A stretch of DNA of 64,000 nt from an uncultured Methylomirabilota bacterium (lineage in GTDB: Bacteria > Methylomirabilota > Methylomirabilia > Methylomirabilales > 2-02-FULL-66-22), in the NCBI GenBank assembly GCA_963705305.1, contig OY970067.1, forward strand, positions 1,184,001 to 1,248,000. The letters are read 5' to 3'. Numbering within the stretch: the stretch's first letter is position 1; every line of letters starts with the position of its first letter. This document shows positions 46,569 through 56,438 of this stretch, piece by piece. The position numbers and the translations under genes were made by a program. The notes beneath the pieces were generated by a model that worked only from the letters and a program-made list of their open reading frames with translations, did not search any database and was not told where the DNA came from.

Positions 46569-47862
46569 GCAAAATGAAGAAACGAGGAGTGGTGGAATAA
46601 TAGGCGTCCAAGCCCCATACAAAACACAAGACATTCTGGGGATACTGAAATCCGTCTAACCATTCTATTTGATAGCTAACCTATCAATTCTAAACCATAT
46701 ATCAATATAGAAAACCAATACATGACAGGAACGTCATGGAAGTCTGTACGAAGCGGATCGATTGGCTAAACCATCAAGATCTGCCACACCCTAGGGTGGG
46801 TCTTGGTCGGTATTGATGTGCGCAAAAGAATCGGTGGTGCGAAGGGAGCGACGGAGCCATTTTCCGGAAGAGGGCGATAGGACCACACAAGAAGGAACAG
46901 GCAAGATCCAGCCGTGCGCCCCGGGGGTGAATGTTCCGGGAGCCGCCCATATCTCCGGCGCCAAAGCCACGCCGGGTCGAGGGAACAATGCGCGGGAGCC
47001 ATCCGGACGGAGAACGTCGAGGGGCCCGCCTTCCCGCCCCTACCCACTTCTCTCCGCCATCCGCGATTTCCGCATTTGACAGCCCCACGGCCGTTCGCTA
47101 GCTAGCTAGAGGATAGGAAGCCGATGTCCATGGATAAAGGCTCCCTGTTCTGTGACTACTTGAAATCAAGGCGGGTGTTTTCAGCGGGATCCGAACCCGC
47201 GCGCCCAAGAATGGCGTTGATGGCCCTAGGGATTGTCAACCACGAGGGCCTTCAGGGGGATTCTGAAGATCCACGTGGTTGAGAGCGTCTGCGGGGTTTG
47301 TCAGGCAGTTATGGTGGCAGTCCATCTATTCGCGCTAAATTCCGCGACAGGACTTCAGTAGAGGCGAAGATTCGAGGGGTTCCTATGTGGGCCCGGCGAT
47401 CCCTTGTTTGTAAGTTAGAACCACGCCTTTCGGCCTGTCCACGCCTGTTCTAGGCTGTTTTGGAGGCTCATGTTAGCCAGGAATCAGGCCCAAATGTCGG
47501 CACGGAACTCGATACGCAGGTTCATATCCCGAGCCGGAATCCAGCCCGCGGGATTCTATCGAAATTCAATCTTCTCGATGAGTTACGTCCAGGGGCGGAT
47601 ACTCGTCGAGGGGATACCACTTATATATACGTCGTGTGACTCCAGGGACATGCGAGCCCGCGTCTACAGGGTCAAGGAGTTAGAGGGCCGGCCAGCGCGC
47701 ACCTCCGTCGGCGGACCGCCCATTCCCAAGGGGCAGCGTGAATTCCTCCGCCCGGCGCCGCCGCAACCAGCCGCGCGGAAGATCGGCGAGAGATCCGGAA
47801 AGAATCCTGGACGGCAGCCGAATCAGCGACGGCGGTTGCCGGTCGGCCCAGCGGGATGAGGC

Positions 47863-49011
47863 CTACAGCGCCTGTTCAAAAATAGCCTGAACGTGCTCGC
47901 GGCGGACCTCGCGCGGGTTGTTGGCGAGGAGCCGCGTCACCCGCATGGCGCCTTCGACCAAATCCGGGAGATCTTCAGCTACGATCCCGACCGCGCGGAG
48001 CGTTTGGGGGATCCCGATGTCCCGTGCGAGGAGCCGGCACGCTTCGGCGCTCTGGGCGGCGGCGGCGCGAGGCGACATACCGGCGATCGGCTCTCCGAGC
48101 GCGCGGGCCACGGCGGCAAACTTTGGAAGGTTGCTGAGAGCATTGAACGCCAGGCCGTAGGGAAGGAGAAGGGAGTTCGCTACGCCGTGGGTGATCCGGT
48201 GTTGCCCCTGGAGCGGATACGCCAGGGCATGCACGATGTTGGTCCCCGCGTTCCCGATGGCGATCCCGGCGTACAGGCTGGCCCTGGCCATCCCCTCGCG
48301 CGCCGCCACGTCGCTCCCGTTGGCTACGGCCGTCCGGAGGTGGGTCCCGATCAGCTGAATCGCCTCGAGCGCGTAGAGATCGGTCATGGGTGAGCCGTTG
48401 CGCGACGTATACGCCTCCACCGCATGGCTGAGGGCGTCCATGCCGGTTGCGGCTGTCACCTTGTCGGGCACGCTGAGCGTGAGTAGCGGATCTATGATCG
48501 CCACGTCGGGGATCGTGTAAGGGCTCACGACGGCCTTCTTGTCCCGGGCGGCCGGCACGTAGAAAAGGGCGTTCGGCGTGATCTCGGCCCCCGTCCCGGC
48601 GGTGCTGGGCACGAGGATCGATGGAACGCCCCGCTGCTTGACCAGGCCGATCCCCAGGTAGTCTTCGAGGGCCCCGGGGTTTTGCAGGAGCATCGCCACT
48701 GCCTTGGCAGTATCGAGCGATGTGCCCCCGCCGACCCCAACTACCAGGTCGCACTGTGCCTTCCGAGCGGCGGCGGCGCAAGGGGCGACGCTCTGGACCG
48801 ACGGCTCGTATTCCGCCTCCACGTAGAGGGTCGACCGGATGCACTGTGAGGCCAGCGCGGCGAGAAGCTTCTCGGTGGTGCCCAGCTTCTCCAGGACAGG
48901 GTCGCTCACGACGAACGCGTTGGAGGCCCCCAGGCGCTTGGCCTCGTCCCCCGCGGTCTCGGCAGCACCACAGCCAAGCGTGATCTGCGCCGGCACTCGA
49001 AAAATCGCCAT
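47863..49011 (-). CDS. iron-containing alcohol dehydrogenase
   Basis: GGGTSLD, PSTAGTG.E, GMDALSHAVE, HALAY...HG. Confidence 0.92.
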   Translation of the reverse strand: MAIFRVPAQITLGCGAAETAGDEAKRLGASNAFVVSDPVLEKLGTTEKLLAALASQCIRSTLYVEAEYEPSVQSVAPCAAAARKAQCDLVVGVGGGTSLDTAKAVAMLLQNPGALEDYLGIGLVKQRGVPSILVPSTAGTGAEITPNALFYVPAARDKKAVVSPYTIPDVAIIDPLLTLSVPDKVTAATGMDALSHAVEAYTSRNGSPMTDLYALEAIQLIGTHLRTAVANGSDVAAREGMARASLYAGIAIGNAGTNIVHALAYPLQGQHRITHGVANSLLLPYGLAFNALSNLPKFAAVARALGEPIAGMSPRAAAAQSAEACRLLARDIGIPQTLRAVGIVAEDLPDLVEGAMRVTRLLANNPREVRREHVQAIFEQAL

Positions 49012-49087
49012 GTGGCCTCCCATATGCTGCCTCCCGTGCCCCCTCCCCGCGATTGCCGTTTGGCTGCGCAGGACTCCCGACCGGGGG

Positions 49088-50098
49088 CTAGACGGTGGCT
49101 GCCGACCCCCGCCGGGATCTGGAGAAGGTATCGGTGCGTTGTCCTTGCTTCGCAACCCTGCACCTGGCCTCGAGGTTCAGGCGGGCCATCTCCGCCCGGA
49201 TCACGACCTTGGCGTCGGTCGGGGTCGCCAGGAGGGGCGGCAACACCGCTTCTCCGCACAGCCCAAGCTCGCTCATCACGAACTTCAGCGCGGCGATGGA
49301 TTGGCTGAGAATCTGCCCTGTCCTACCGAGGAGTCTGAGGTAGTTCTGATACACGCTGGAGACCTCGTTCTGCTCCTCCTGGAGCCGGTCGGCGAGGTCC
49401 AGATCGCCCCCGGCCACGGCGTCCATGATCCGCACGTACAGGTCCGGATAGAAGTTGCCGGTGCTCGGCACTAGGCCGTCCGAGCCGAGCCGGAGCCCCT
49501 TCGTACAGAGCCCGGTTGTGCCCACCAAATGGCAGAAATCATCCCGTCCCCTCCAGAGGGGAATGCCCTTTTCGAAGCGCTGGGGGTCGTTTTCCGAATC
49601 CTTGAGGCCAACGATCCTGGGATGGTGGCCCAGCCGGTCGACGACCTCGAGGGGAATCGACAGGTGGGTCGTACTGGGAATGTTGTACAGCATAAGCGGC
49701 CCCGGGATCGCGTCGGCCAGCCTCTCGTAGAACCGGAGCATGTGATCGGGCGTGATCGGGTAGTAACATGGCAAGGCGGCGACTGCGCAGTCCGCGCCCA
49801 GGTCGAAATATCGCTTGGCTGCGTTGACGGACTCCGCGAGGCAGTTGCCGCCAATTCCGACGAACGTCTGCGCGCGGCCGTGGGCCACGCCAACCATGGT
49901 CTTGACCAGCCGTGCCCGGGTCGTCTCGGTGAGAGACGCCATCTCCCCCGTCGTCCCGAGCACAAAGGGATGGGCGCCTCCGCCGATGATATGCTCAATT
50001 ACCCGGCGCGCCCCCGCGACATCGAGATCCCCCTGCTCGGTGACGGGCGTCACCGCCGGCACCACGACCCCCGAGAACCTCTCCTGCTTCCAGAGCAT
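49088..50098 (-). CDS. DHDPS/NAL family aldolase
   Basis: GTTGE, LYNIP, GLKDS Schiff-base lysine. Confidence 0.88.
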   Translation of the reverse strand: MLWKQERFSGVVVPAVTPVTEQGDLDVAGARRVIEHIIGGGAHPFVLGTTGEMASLTETTRARLVKTMVGVAHGRAQTFVGIGGNCLAESVNAAKRYFDLGADCAVAALPCYYPITPDHMLRFYERLADAIPGPLMLYNIPSTTHLSIPLEVVDRLGHHPRIVGLKDSENDPQRFEKGIPLWRGRDDFCHLVGTTGLCTKGLRLGSDGLVPSTGNFYPDLYVRIMDAVAGGDLDLADRLQEEQNEVSSVYQNYLRLLGRTGQILSQSIAALKFVMSELGLCGEAVLPPLLATPTDAKVVIRAEMARLNLEARCRVAKQGQRTDTFSRSRRGSAATV

Positions 50099-50106
50099 GC
50101 GTCCCC

Positions 50107-50808
50107 CTAGCGCGCCAGCGCCATTGAGCTGATCGCGCGCTTGGCCGTGCTCGAGATGTGGGCCTTGAGTGCCTCCTGCGCCGCCGCCACATCCTTTCGG
50201 CGGAGCGCCGCAATGATGGCGGCATGCTCGGAGTTGTCCGCGGCCACCGCCTCCCCGGGTGGGACCGGCAGGGGACCCACCCGGAGACCGTGCACGTGGA
50301 TGTTGAGCCGTTGGTATGTCTCGGCCAGGGCGCGATTCTTGGCGAGGCCCACGATACGTTCGTGGAACAACTTGTCCCGGAGGACCTGCGCCAGCCGCTG
50401 CTTCGGTCCGGCGAGGCCGGCGCGGCCGGGAGTGATGATCACCTCGTCCAGTTCCCGGAGGAGCTCCGGGGTGACATTTTCGATCCCGCGCTCTATGGCG
50501 AACGACTCACACATCAGCCGCACGTCGTACAGATCCATCAATTCCTCGGGGGACACCTGCGTCACCCGAACCCCCGTCCGCCCCGCGGCCTGGACCAGCC
50601 CCTCTGCGGCGAGGCGCGTGAGCGCCGCCCGGATCGGCGTCCGGCTCACACCCAGGTGGGCGGCGAGGTCATCCAGGACCAGCCGTTGCCCCGGGGGGAA
50701 CCGGCGCTCCGTGATGGCCTCGAGGAGCGCCGTATACACCTGCTCGGTGATGCTCCGGAACTCTGCGCCAATGGACGGCATCTCGATCTCTGCGGTCTGT
50801 GCACACAT
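50107..50808 (-). CDS. GntR family (FCD) transcriptional regulator
   Basis: PGQRL, GVSRTPIR.AL, FH..I, EH.AII. Confidence 0.9.
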   Translation of the reverse strand: MCAQTAEIEMPSIGAEFRSITEQVYTALLEAITERRFPPGQRLVLDDLAAHLGVSRTPIRAALTRLAAEGLVQAAGRTGVRVTQVSPEELMDLYDVRLMCESFAIERGIENVTPELLRELDEVIITPGRAGLAGPKQRLAQVLRDKLFHERIVGLAKNRALAETYQRLNIHVHGLRVGPLPVPPGEAVAADNSEHAAIIAALRRKDVAAAQEALKAHISSTAKRAISSMALAR

Positions 50809-50834
50809 CGCTATCAGTCCTCGCTCGAGCGGGT

Positions 50835-51920
50835 TTAGGACCGCGATCTCTCTGCCGGCGGGCTGTCTGGCCGTACGAGCTCCTCCGCGTAAAGAAAGAG
50901 GAGCGGCGAACCGCCGGTATGAAGAAATACCACGGTGGAGCCGCCGCCGATCTCCCCCTGTCGGATCAGGTCCATGAGGCCGGCCATCGCCTTGCCCGTG
51001 TACACCGGGTCGAGGAGGATCCCCTCGGTCGCTCCGACCGTTCTCACGGCCTCGACAGTCTTGCGGTCGATGCGTCCGTATCCCGGCCCAACATATTTCG
51101 ACAGGTTGACCACATCGGCCGGACCGATTCCGATGTCGACGCCGATCCGCCGGGTGGCCAGCCTGGTCAGGCGCACGATGTCCCGCCCCACGTCGGGGTC
51201 GCGACCGGGGCGGTCGACCCGATGCATGGGCGCGATCCCGACGATCCGGCTGCGCACTCGGAGATACTTCCCGGCCACCAGGAGACCGGCCTGGGTTGGC
51301 CCATCCGAGCAGACCACAATGTGGTTCGGTTCGATCCCCTGCGCCTCGCACTGCGCACAGAGCTCCAGCATGCAGTCCGCATTGGCGAGGGTGCTGAGAT
51401 CGTAGTCGTCCACCCCCGTGACGTGGGGCCGCCGACCGGCGGCCCGAAGCCGATCGGCCAGGCCGTACATCTCGGCGATCTGCTCCTCCGCCGATCCTGC
51501 CGTTGTCACGATCCGGGCCCCCAGCACCTCGCTGAGCAGAAGGTTGCCCTGAGGCCCGGCCGGCCCGCCTTCCCGTCCGGATGTCTCCGCCTGCAAGACG
51601 AGATAGCAGTCGAGGCCGAGATGGCCGCAGGCGGCCGCGATCTGCCGGGCGTGGTTGGACTGGATCCCGTATCCGGCGACGATGACGTCCGCCCCCTGGA
51701 GCAGCTCCGGTGCCAGGCGGAACTCCAGCATGCGGGCCTTGTTCCCCCCCAGGGCGAGCCCCGTGAGGTCGTCCCGCTTGATGAGGATGCGCGGCCCCCT
51801 CAGACGCGCCGAAAGGTGCGGTGCCTCCTCGAGGGGGGTCGGCAGCGTAGCCAGGCGGGTCCGCGGCAACGCGTCGATCCGCCTCTTGAGATCCAGGTAC
51901 CGGTCTCGGTCGAAGAGCAT
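50835..51920 (-). CDS. D-cysteine desulfhydrase/ACC deaminase family PLP enzyme
   Basis: KRDD, GGNKAR, QSNHAR, EGILLDPVYTGKA, FLHTGG. Confidence 0.9.
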   Translation of the reverse strand: MLFDRDRYLDLKRRIDALPRTRLATLPTPLEEAPHLSARLRGPRILIKRDDLTGLALGGNKARMLEFRLAPELLQGADVIVAGYGIQSNHARQIAAACGHLGLDCYLVLQAETSGREGGPAGPQGNLLLSEVLGARIVTTAGSAEEQIAEMYGLADRLRAAGRRPHVTGVDDYDLSTLANADCMLELCAQCEAQGIEPNHIVVCSDGPTQAGLLVAGKYLRVRSRIVGIAPMHRVDRPGRDPDVGRDIVRLTRLATRRIGVDIGIGPADVVNLSKYVGPGYGRIDRKTVEAVRTVGATEGILLDPVYTGKAMAGLMDLIRQGEIGGGSTVVFLHTGGSPLLFLYAEELVRPDSPPAERSRS

Positions 51921-51940
51921 GTTGGCTGCCCGCGTCCCTT

Positions 51941-52675
51941 TCAGGGATGGAGGATCTGCCCGAGAAACCGCCGCGTCTCCTCGTGCTCGGGATGCTCGAA
52001 GAACTCCTGCGGCCGCTTCACCTCCAGGAAGTTCCCCCGGCTGAAGAACGCAATCCGGTCGGCGACCTCCTTGGCGAACCCCATCTCATGGGTGACCACG
52101 ATCATCGTCATGCCTCTTCTGGCCAGATCCCGCATCACGTCCAGCACCCCCTTGATCATTTCGGGATCGAGGGCGGAAGTGGGCTCGTCGAAGAGCATGA
52201 CGTCGGGCTTCATGGCGAGGGCCCGCACGATCGCCGCCCGCTGCTGCTGCCCGCCTGACAGCTGGTGGGGGCGGCAGTCGATCTTGTCCGACAGCCCGAC
52301 CATCTCCAAGAGGGCGGTAGCTTCGCGGACGACCTCTCCTTTCGGCCGCTTCATAATCTTAATCGGGGAGATGGTGGCGTTCTCCAGAACCGTGAGGTGG
52401 GGGAACAGATTGAAGGACTGGAAGACCATGCCGATTCTGGCCCGAATCTCCTGCAGGTTCTTCCGGGTGATGATCGTACCGTTGAAGGAGACGGTCCCCC
52501 CGTCGCTCGACTCCAGCCCGTTGATGCAGCGGATGAAGGTGCTCTTCCCCGAGCCGCTGGGCCCGCAGACCACCACGACTTCTTGGCGGTGGAGCTCGAA
52601 CGATACTTGGTCCAAAACGGTGAGGGAGCCGAAGCGTTTGACAAGTCGGTCGATGGAGATGATAACGTCAGCCAT
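51941..52675 (-). CDS. polar amino acid ABC ATP-binding protein
   Basis: [33 protein letters not shown]. Confidence 0.93.
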   Translation of the reverse strand: MADVIISIDRLVKRFGSLTVLDQVSFELHRQEVVVVCGPSGSGKSTFIRCINGLESSDGGTVSFNGTIITRKNLQEIRARIGMVFQSFNLFPHLTVLENATISPIKIMKRPKGEVVREATALLEMVGLSDKIDCRPHQLSGGQQQRAAIVRALAMKPDVMLFDEPTSALDPEMIKGVLDVMRDLARRGMTMIVVTHEMGFAKEVADRIAFFSRGNFLEVKRPQEFFEHPEHEETRRFLGQILHP

Positions 52676-52709
52676 GTTCTTGATCCATCACGGCGAGCCC
52701 GGCACCGCG

Positions 52710-53384
52710 TCAGGCCAACTCGTGGACGGGCATCACGCCGACGATGCGCTCCTTGACCGTCCTCTCGCACCAATCTGCCAACATCTTGAGGAGGTGGCAT
52801 ACCACAAAGTAGAAGAGTCCGGCGTAGAAGAAAATCGGCAGGGGAGCCATTGTGGTCCCCATGAGATTCAAGGCCATCTTCGTCAGCTCCACGTACCCGA
52901 TGACAGAGGCGAGGGCGGTCACCTTCACCAACAAGACGACCTGCCCCACCAGGGCCGGCAGGACCAGGAGCACCGCCTGGGGAAGGATGATGTAGCGGAC
53001 GCTCTGCCAGAACGACATGGCCACCGCCTTGGCCGCTTCGTGCTGGCCCCTGTCGATGGCCTCGAGCCCGCCCCGCACGATTTCGATCATGTAGGCGCCG
53101 TTCGACAGGACCAACGCCAAGACCGCCGCCGCCATCGGATCGCTGCCCGTCGGGAGGACGAAGTAGCAGATGAACATCAAGAGGATGGTCGGGACCCCGC
53201 GCATCACATAGACATATGCCCCGAGCACCTGGTGCAGGACGGGCAAGCGAAGTACTCGGAGCGAGCCGCCGACAACGCCCACCAACAAGGCCAACACCAG
53301 GGCGGTCGGGATGAGCTTCACGGTCGGAATGAACCCCTTGAGGAACAGCACTCTGATGATGCCGAGATGCCACGCTAGGTCCAC
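52710..53384 (-). CDS. polar amino acid ABC permease
   Basis: RGVP, EIVRGG..AI..GQ.EAA, ILPQA; GTG start inferred. Confidence 0.88.
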   Translation of the reverse strand: MDLAWHLGIIRVLFLKGFIPTVKLIPTALVLALLVGVVGGSLRVLRLPVLHQVLGAYVYVMRGVPTILLMFICYFVLPTGSDPMAAAVLALVLSNGAYMIEIVRGGLEAIDRGQHEAAKAVAMSFWQSVRYIILPQAVLLVLPALVGQVVLLVKVTALASVIGYVELTKMALNLMGTTMAPLPIFFYAGLFYFVVCHLLKMLADWCERTVKERIVGVMPVHELA

Positions 53385-54046
53385 CGGACGAGTCCTCCGA
53401 GTCCCGCCGCGCGCTCCAGCCGGGAGCCCCCGTACTGGAGCAGCCAGAAAACCGCAATGTAGAGGGCCGCGGCCGATCCGAACGCGGTGAGCGAGCTGAG
53501 CGTCTGGTCGTTGATCTCGCCGGCCGCGCTGGTGAGCTCCTCGATCGCAATGACCGTGAGGACCGACGTGTCCTTGAGGATATACGAGCTGTGGCCGACC
53601 AGAGAAGGAATCACCTTCCGGAACGCCTGGGGCAGGACGATGTATCGCAGACACGCGAGCGGACCCATGGCCAGAGACCGGGCGGCCTCCCACTGGCCCC
53701 GGTGCACACCCAGCATCCCCCCGCGCACGATTTCGGCGATAAAGGCCCCCTCGTTCAATGTGATGGCCAGGATGGCCGCCTCCGGGGCCGAGAGCGTGAT
53801 TCCGATCGACGGCAGCCCGAAGAAGATGAAGTAGAGCTGAACCAGGAGAGGCACCTCGCGGGCGACATTGATGTAGGCAATCAATAAGGGCTCCAGAAGG
53901 GGGAGCGCAAACGCCCGCAGGATGGCCACGCAGGTTCCGAAGCAGAGCGAGGTCACGAGCCCGACCAGCGTATACTCGACAGTGACGACGAGCCCGCGCA
54001 GGAGCAGCGGATAGTACTTGGCAAGAACGTAGAACTCAAAATGCAT
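53375..54046 (-). CDS. polar amino acid ABC permease
   Basis: PLLVQL, AEIVRGG, GQWEAA, LKDTS. Confidence 0.9.
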   Translation of the reverse strand: MHFEFYVLAKYYPLLLRGLVVTVEYTLVGLVTSLCFGTCVAILRAFALPLLEPLLIAYINVAREVPLLVQLYFIFFGLPSIGITLSAPEAAILAITLNEGAFIAEIVRGGMLGVHRGQWEAARSLAMGPLACLRYIVLPQAFRKVIPSLVGHSSYILKDTSVLTVIAIEELTSAAGEINDQTLSSLTAFGSAAALYIAVFWLLQYGGSRLERAAGLGGLVRWT

Positions 54047-54148
54047 GGAGCCTCCCTCTGCGATCACCGCGGCGACCGGCTCCGCGAGCCCCCGCCGCGG
54101 GGGCCCGCGTGGACCGGCCAGAGCCGCGAGGACGGGCGGCCCGGAGCC

Positions 54149-54967
54149 TTAATCGCCGATGTAGCGCGGTTCCCACTTCACCTTGAACCACTTCTCGTAC
54201 AGCTCTTTGTACTCCCCGCTCAGCTTGATCTCCTCAAGGAAGATGTCCAGGCTTCGTCGCAGCTCCGTGTCCCCCGGGCGGCAGGCGAACCGGTACGTCT
54301 GGGGCATCAGGTTGTCCTTCAAAACCTTCAGCTTGTCCTCGTTCCCCTGCAGCCCCACAAAGAGGATGATGGTCTCGTCGTCGAGCGAAGCATCGACGCG
54401 GCCGACCTTCATGGCCTGGAGGGTGTCCACGAAGGTGTCGTACCGCTGGATCTTGGCCTTCGGGAAGGTTTTTTCCACAACCTGAATATAGTTCGAGCCC
54501 TTGGACTCCCCGAAGGTTATCTTCTCCGAGTTGAGATCGGAGAGCTTTTCCACCTTCACGTTCTTGCGGACGAGAATTCGGGAGCCGGTGAAGAGGAAGG
54601 GCTGGGACATGTCCAGCTTGGCGGTCCTGGGAATCGTGGTCGTGATGTGCGCCGCCAGGAAGTCGACCTTCTTCGTGTCGAGGGCAGGGAAGAGCCCGGC
54701 CCATTTGTAATCCATCAATTCGACCTGGACGTCGAGTTTCTTGGCATACAGCCGCACCAGATCCGGCAGCAGCCCCTCGATCTCGCCCGTCTGGGCATTG
54801 GTAAAGGCTAAGGGCTTGATATATGCCGCCACACCCACGATGACCTTCCCCCGATTGAGGATCTCCTGCAAGCTGTTGGCGGGCTCCCCCGCCTGGGCGC
54901 TGGAGATCATCATTGCTGCTAGGCCGGCGGCAATCGCCAGGATGCTTCGAAGATTGCGGAATCTCAT
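54149..54967 (-). CDS. polar amino acid ABC substrate-binding protein (family 3)
   Basis: signal peptide, W.GL.PAL...KVD, GRVDA, LYEKWF. Confidence 0.9.
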   Translation of the reverse strand: MRFRNLRSILAIAAGLAAMMISSAQAGEPANSLQEILNRGKVIVGVAAYIKPLAFTNAQTGEIEGLLPDLVRLYAKKLDVQVELMDYKWAGLFPALDTKKVDFLAAHITTTIPRTAKLDMSQPFLFTGSRILVRKNVKVEKLSDLNSEKITFGESKGSNYIQVVEKTFPKAKIQRYDTFVDTLQAMKVGRVDASLDDETIILFVGLQGNEDKLKVLKDNLMPQTYRFACRPGDTELRRSLDIFLEEIKLSGEYKELYEKWFKVKWEPRYIGD

Positions 54968-55058
54968 CGACGGTGCCCTCCTCTGTTGACTCGCAACTAC
55001 AGCTCACCTGCGACCTGGGACCCGACCCTGCCAATATGTTGCCGTCCCTCACCCCCTT

Positions 55059-56215
55059 CTACCGTTGCCTCTCCAGAAAGTCGAGCAGCCCTTGGAGCCC
55101 TTTTTTCAATTCCTCGATGCTCGTGCAGAAAGAGAGGCGGATGCAACCATCCGAGAGCGGACCGAACGTCCGACCGGGAGCCACGGCCACCCGCGCCGTG
55201 GAGAGGAGTTGCCTGGCAAATGCCTCCGAATCGAGACGGGAGGGGGAGATGTCCACCAGCACGTAGAAGGCCCCCTCGGGGACCGCGAATCGGAGGCCGC
55301 TCTGGCGGAGCATCTCAACAGCCACATCCCGGTTCTTTTGGTAGTAGGCCACCATGGAGCGTGTAAAGTCCTGAGGGCCCGTGACGGCCGCCTCGGCCGC
55401 CTTCTGCGACAGGAACGGCGGGCAGGAGATGTAGGCCTCCGAGAACTTGACCAGGTTCCGACAGATTTCCTCCTCGGCGAGGACATAGCCGATCCGCCAG
55501 CCGGTCATGGCATAGGTCTTCGAGAAGCTGTTCACCGTGATGAGCGATGCCGCATGTTTCAGGGTCGCCATGGGGACAAACTCGACTCCGTAGACGATCC
55601 GGTCGTACACCTCGTCAGAAATCAGGGTGAGCTGATGGGCATAGGCGAAATCGAGAAGCGCCTGGCACTCCGCCCGCGTGAGGACGGAGCCGACGGGGTT
55701 GCTCGGATTATTCACGATGATGACCCGGGTGTCGCGCGTGACTGCCCGCTCCAGGTCGTCCAGGTGGGGTCGGAAGCCATTTTCCGGGCGCATGGGGTAG
55801 TAGCGCGGGATCGCGTTGGCGGCAATCGCCTCCATCGTGTAGTTGGGCCAGCCCGGATCCGGGATCAGCACCCGCTCGCCAGGGTTGACCAGGGCGGCGA
55901 TCGAGATGGCCAGGCCGTAGACGCCCCCGACCGTCAGGAGGATGTTCTCCGCCGTCACGTCGAGCATCGGGTGGTCCCGCACGAGGCTCTCCGCAATCCT
56001 GTTGCGCACCTCCGGGATCCCCTCGTTCTTGGTGTACCGGATGTATCCGCTGGCAGCGGCCTTCGTGGCCGCCTCCACGATGAAGGCCGGGGTGGGGAAG
56101 TGAGGCTGGCCGATCTCCAGATGAACGATCTCCCCCCCATTTCGTTGGCGAGGTTGAGGATGGCTCGAATGCCCGAGCGTTTCATGTTCAGAATCCGATC
56201 CGTCACGGCTGGCAT
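55059..56215 (-). pseudogene. class I aspartate aminotransferase-like gene, frameshifted at a G7 run (56132-56138)
   Basis: MPAVTDRI...SGIR frame switches to EIVHLEIGQPHFPTP frame at the homopolymer; rest intact (NPSNP, SDEVY, SKTYAMTGWRIG). Confidence 0.8.
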
Positions 56216-56438
56216 TTCATCCTCCTCGGGAGTTCATCGGAGATCCGGTCGGCACGGGCGAACGCTCGTGCGAGCCCCACGTCAGCTGTGGCCATCTCGC
56301 CTCCGACCTAGCAGGGGCACGGTCGCAGGAGGCCCTAACCGCCGGCGTTCGGCAAGGTGCGGTCGCCTCCATCGGCACATCTGTAGTACCGTGTACGAAA
56401 CTCCGGATACGAAATTTGGATATACTCTTCAAGCAGTG

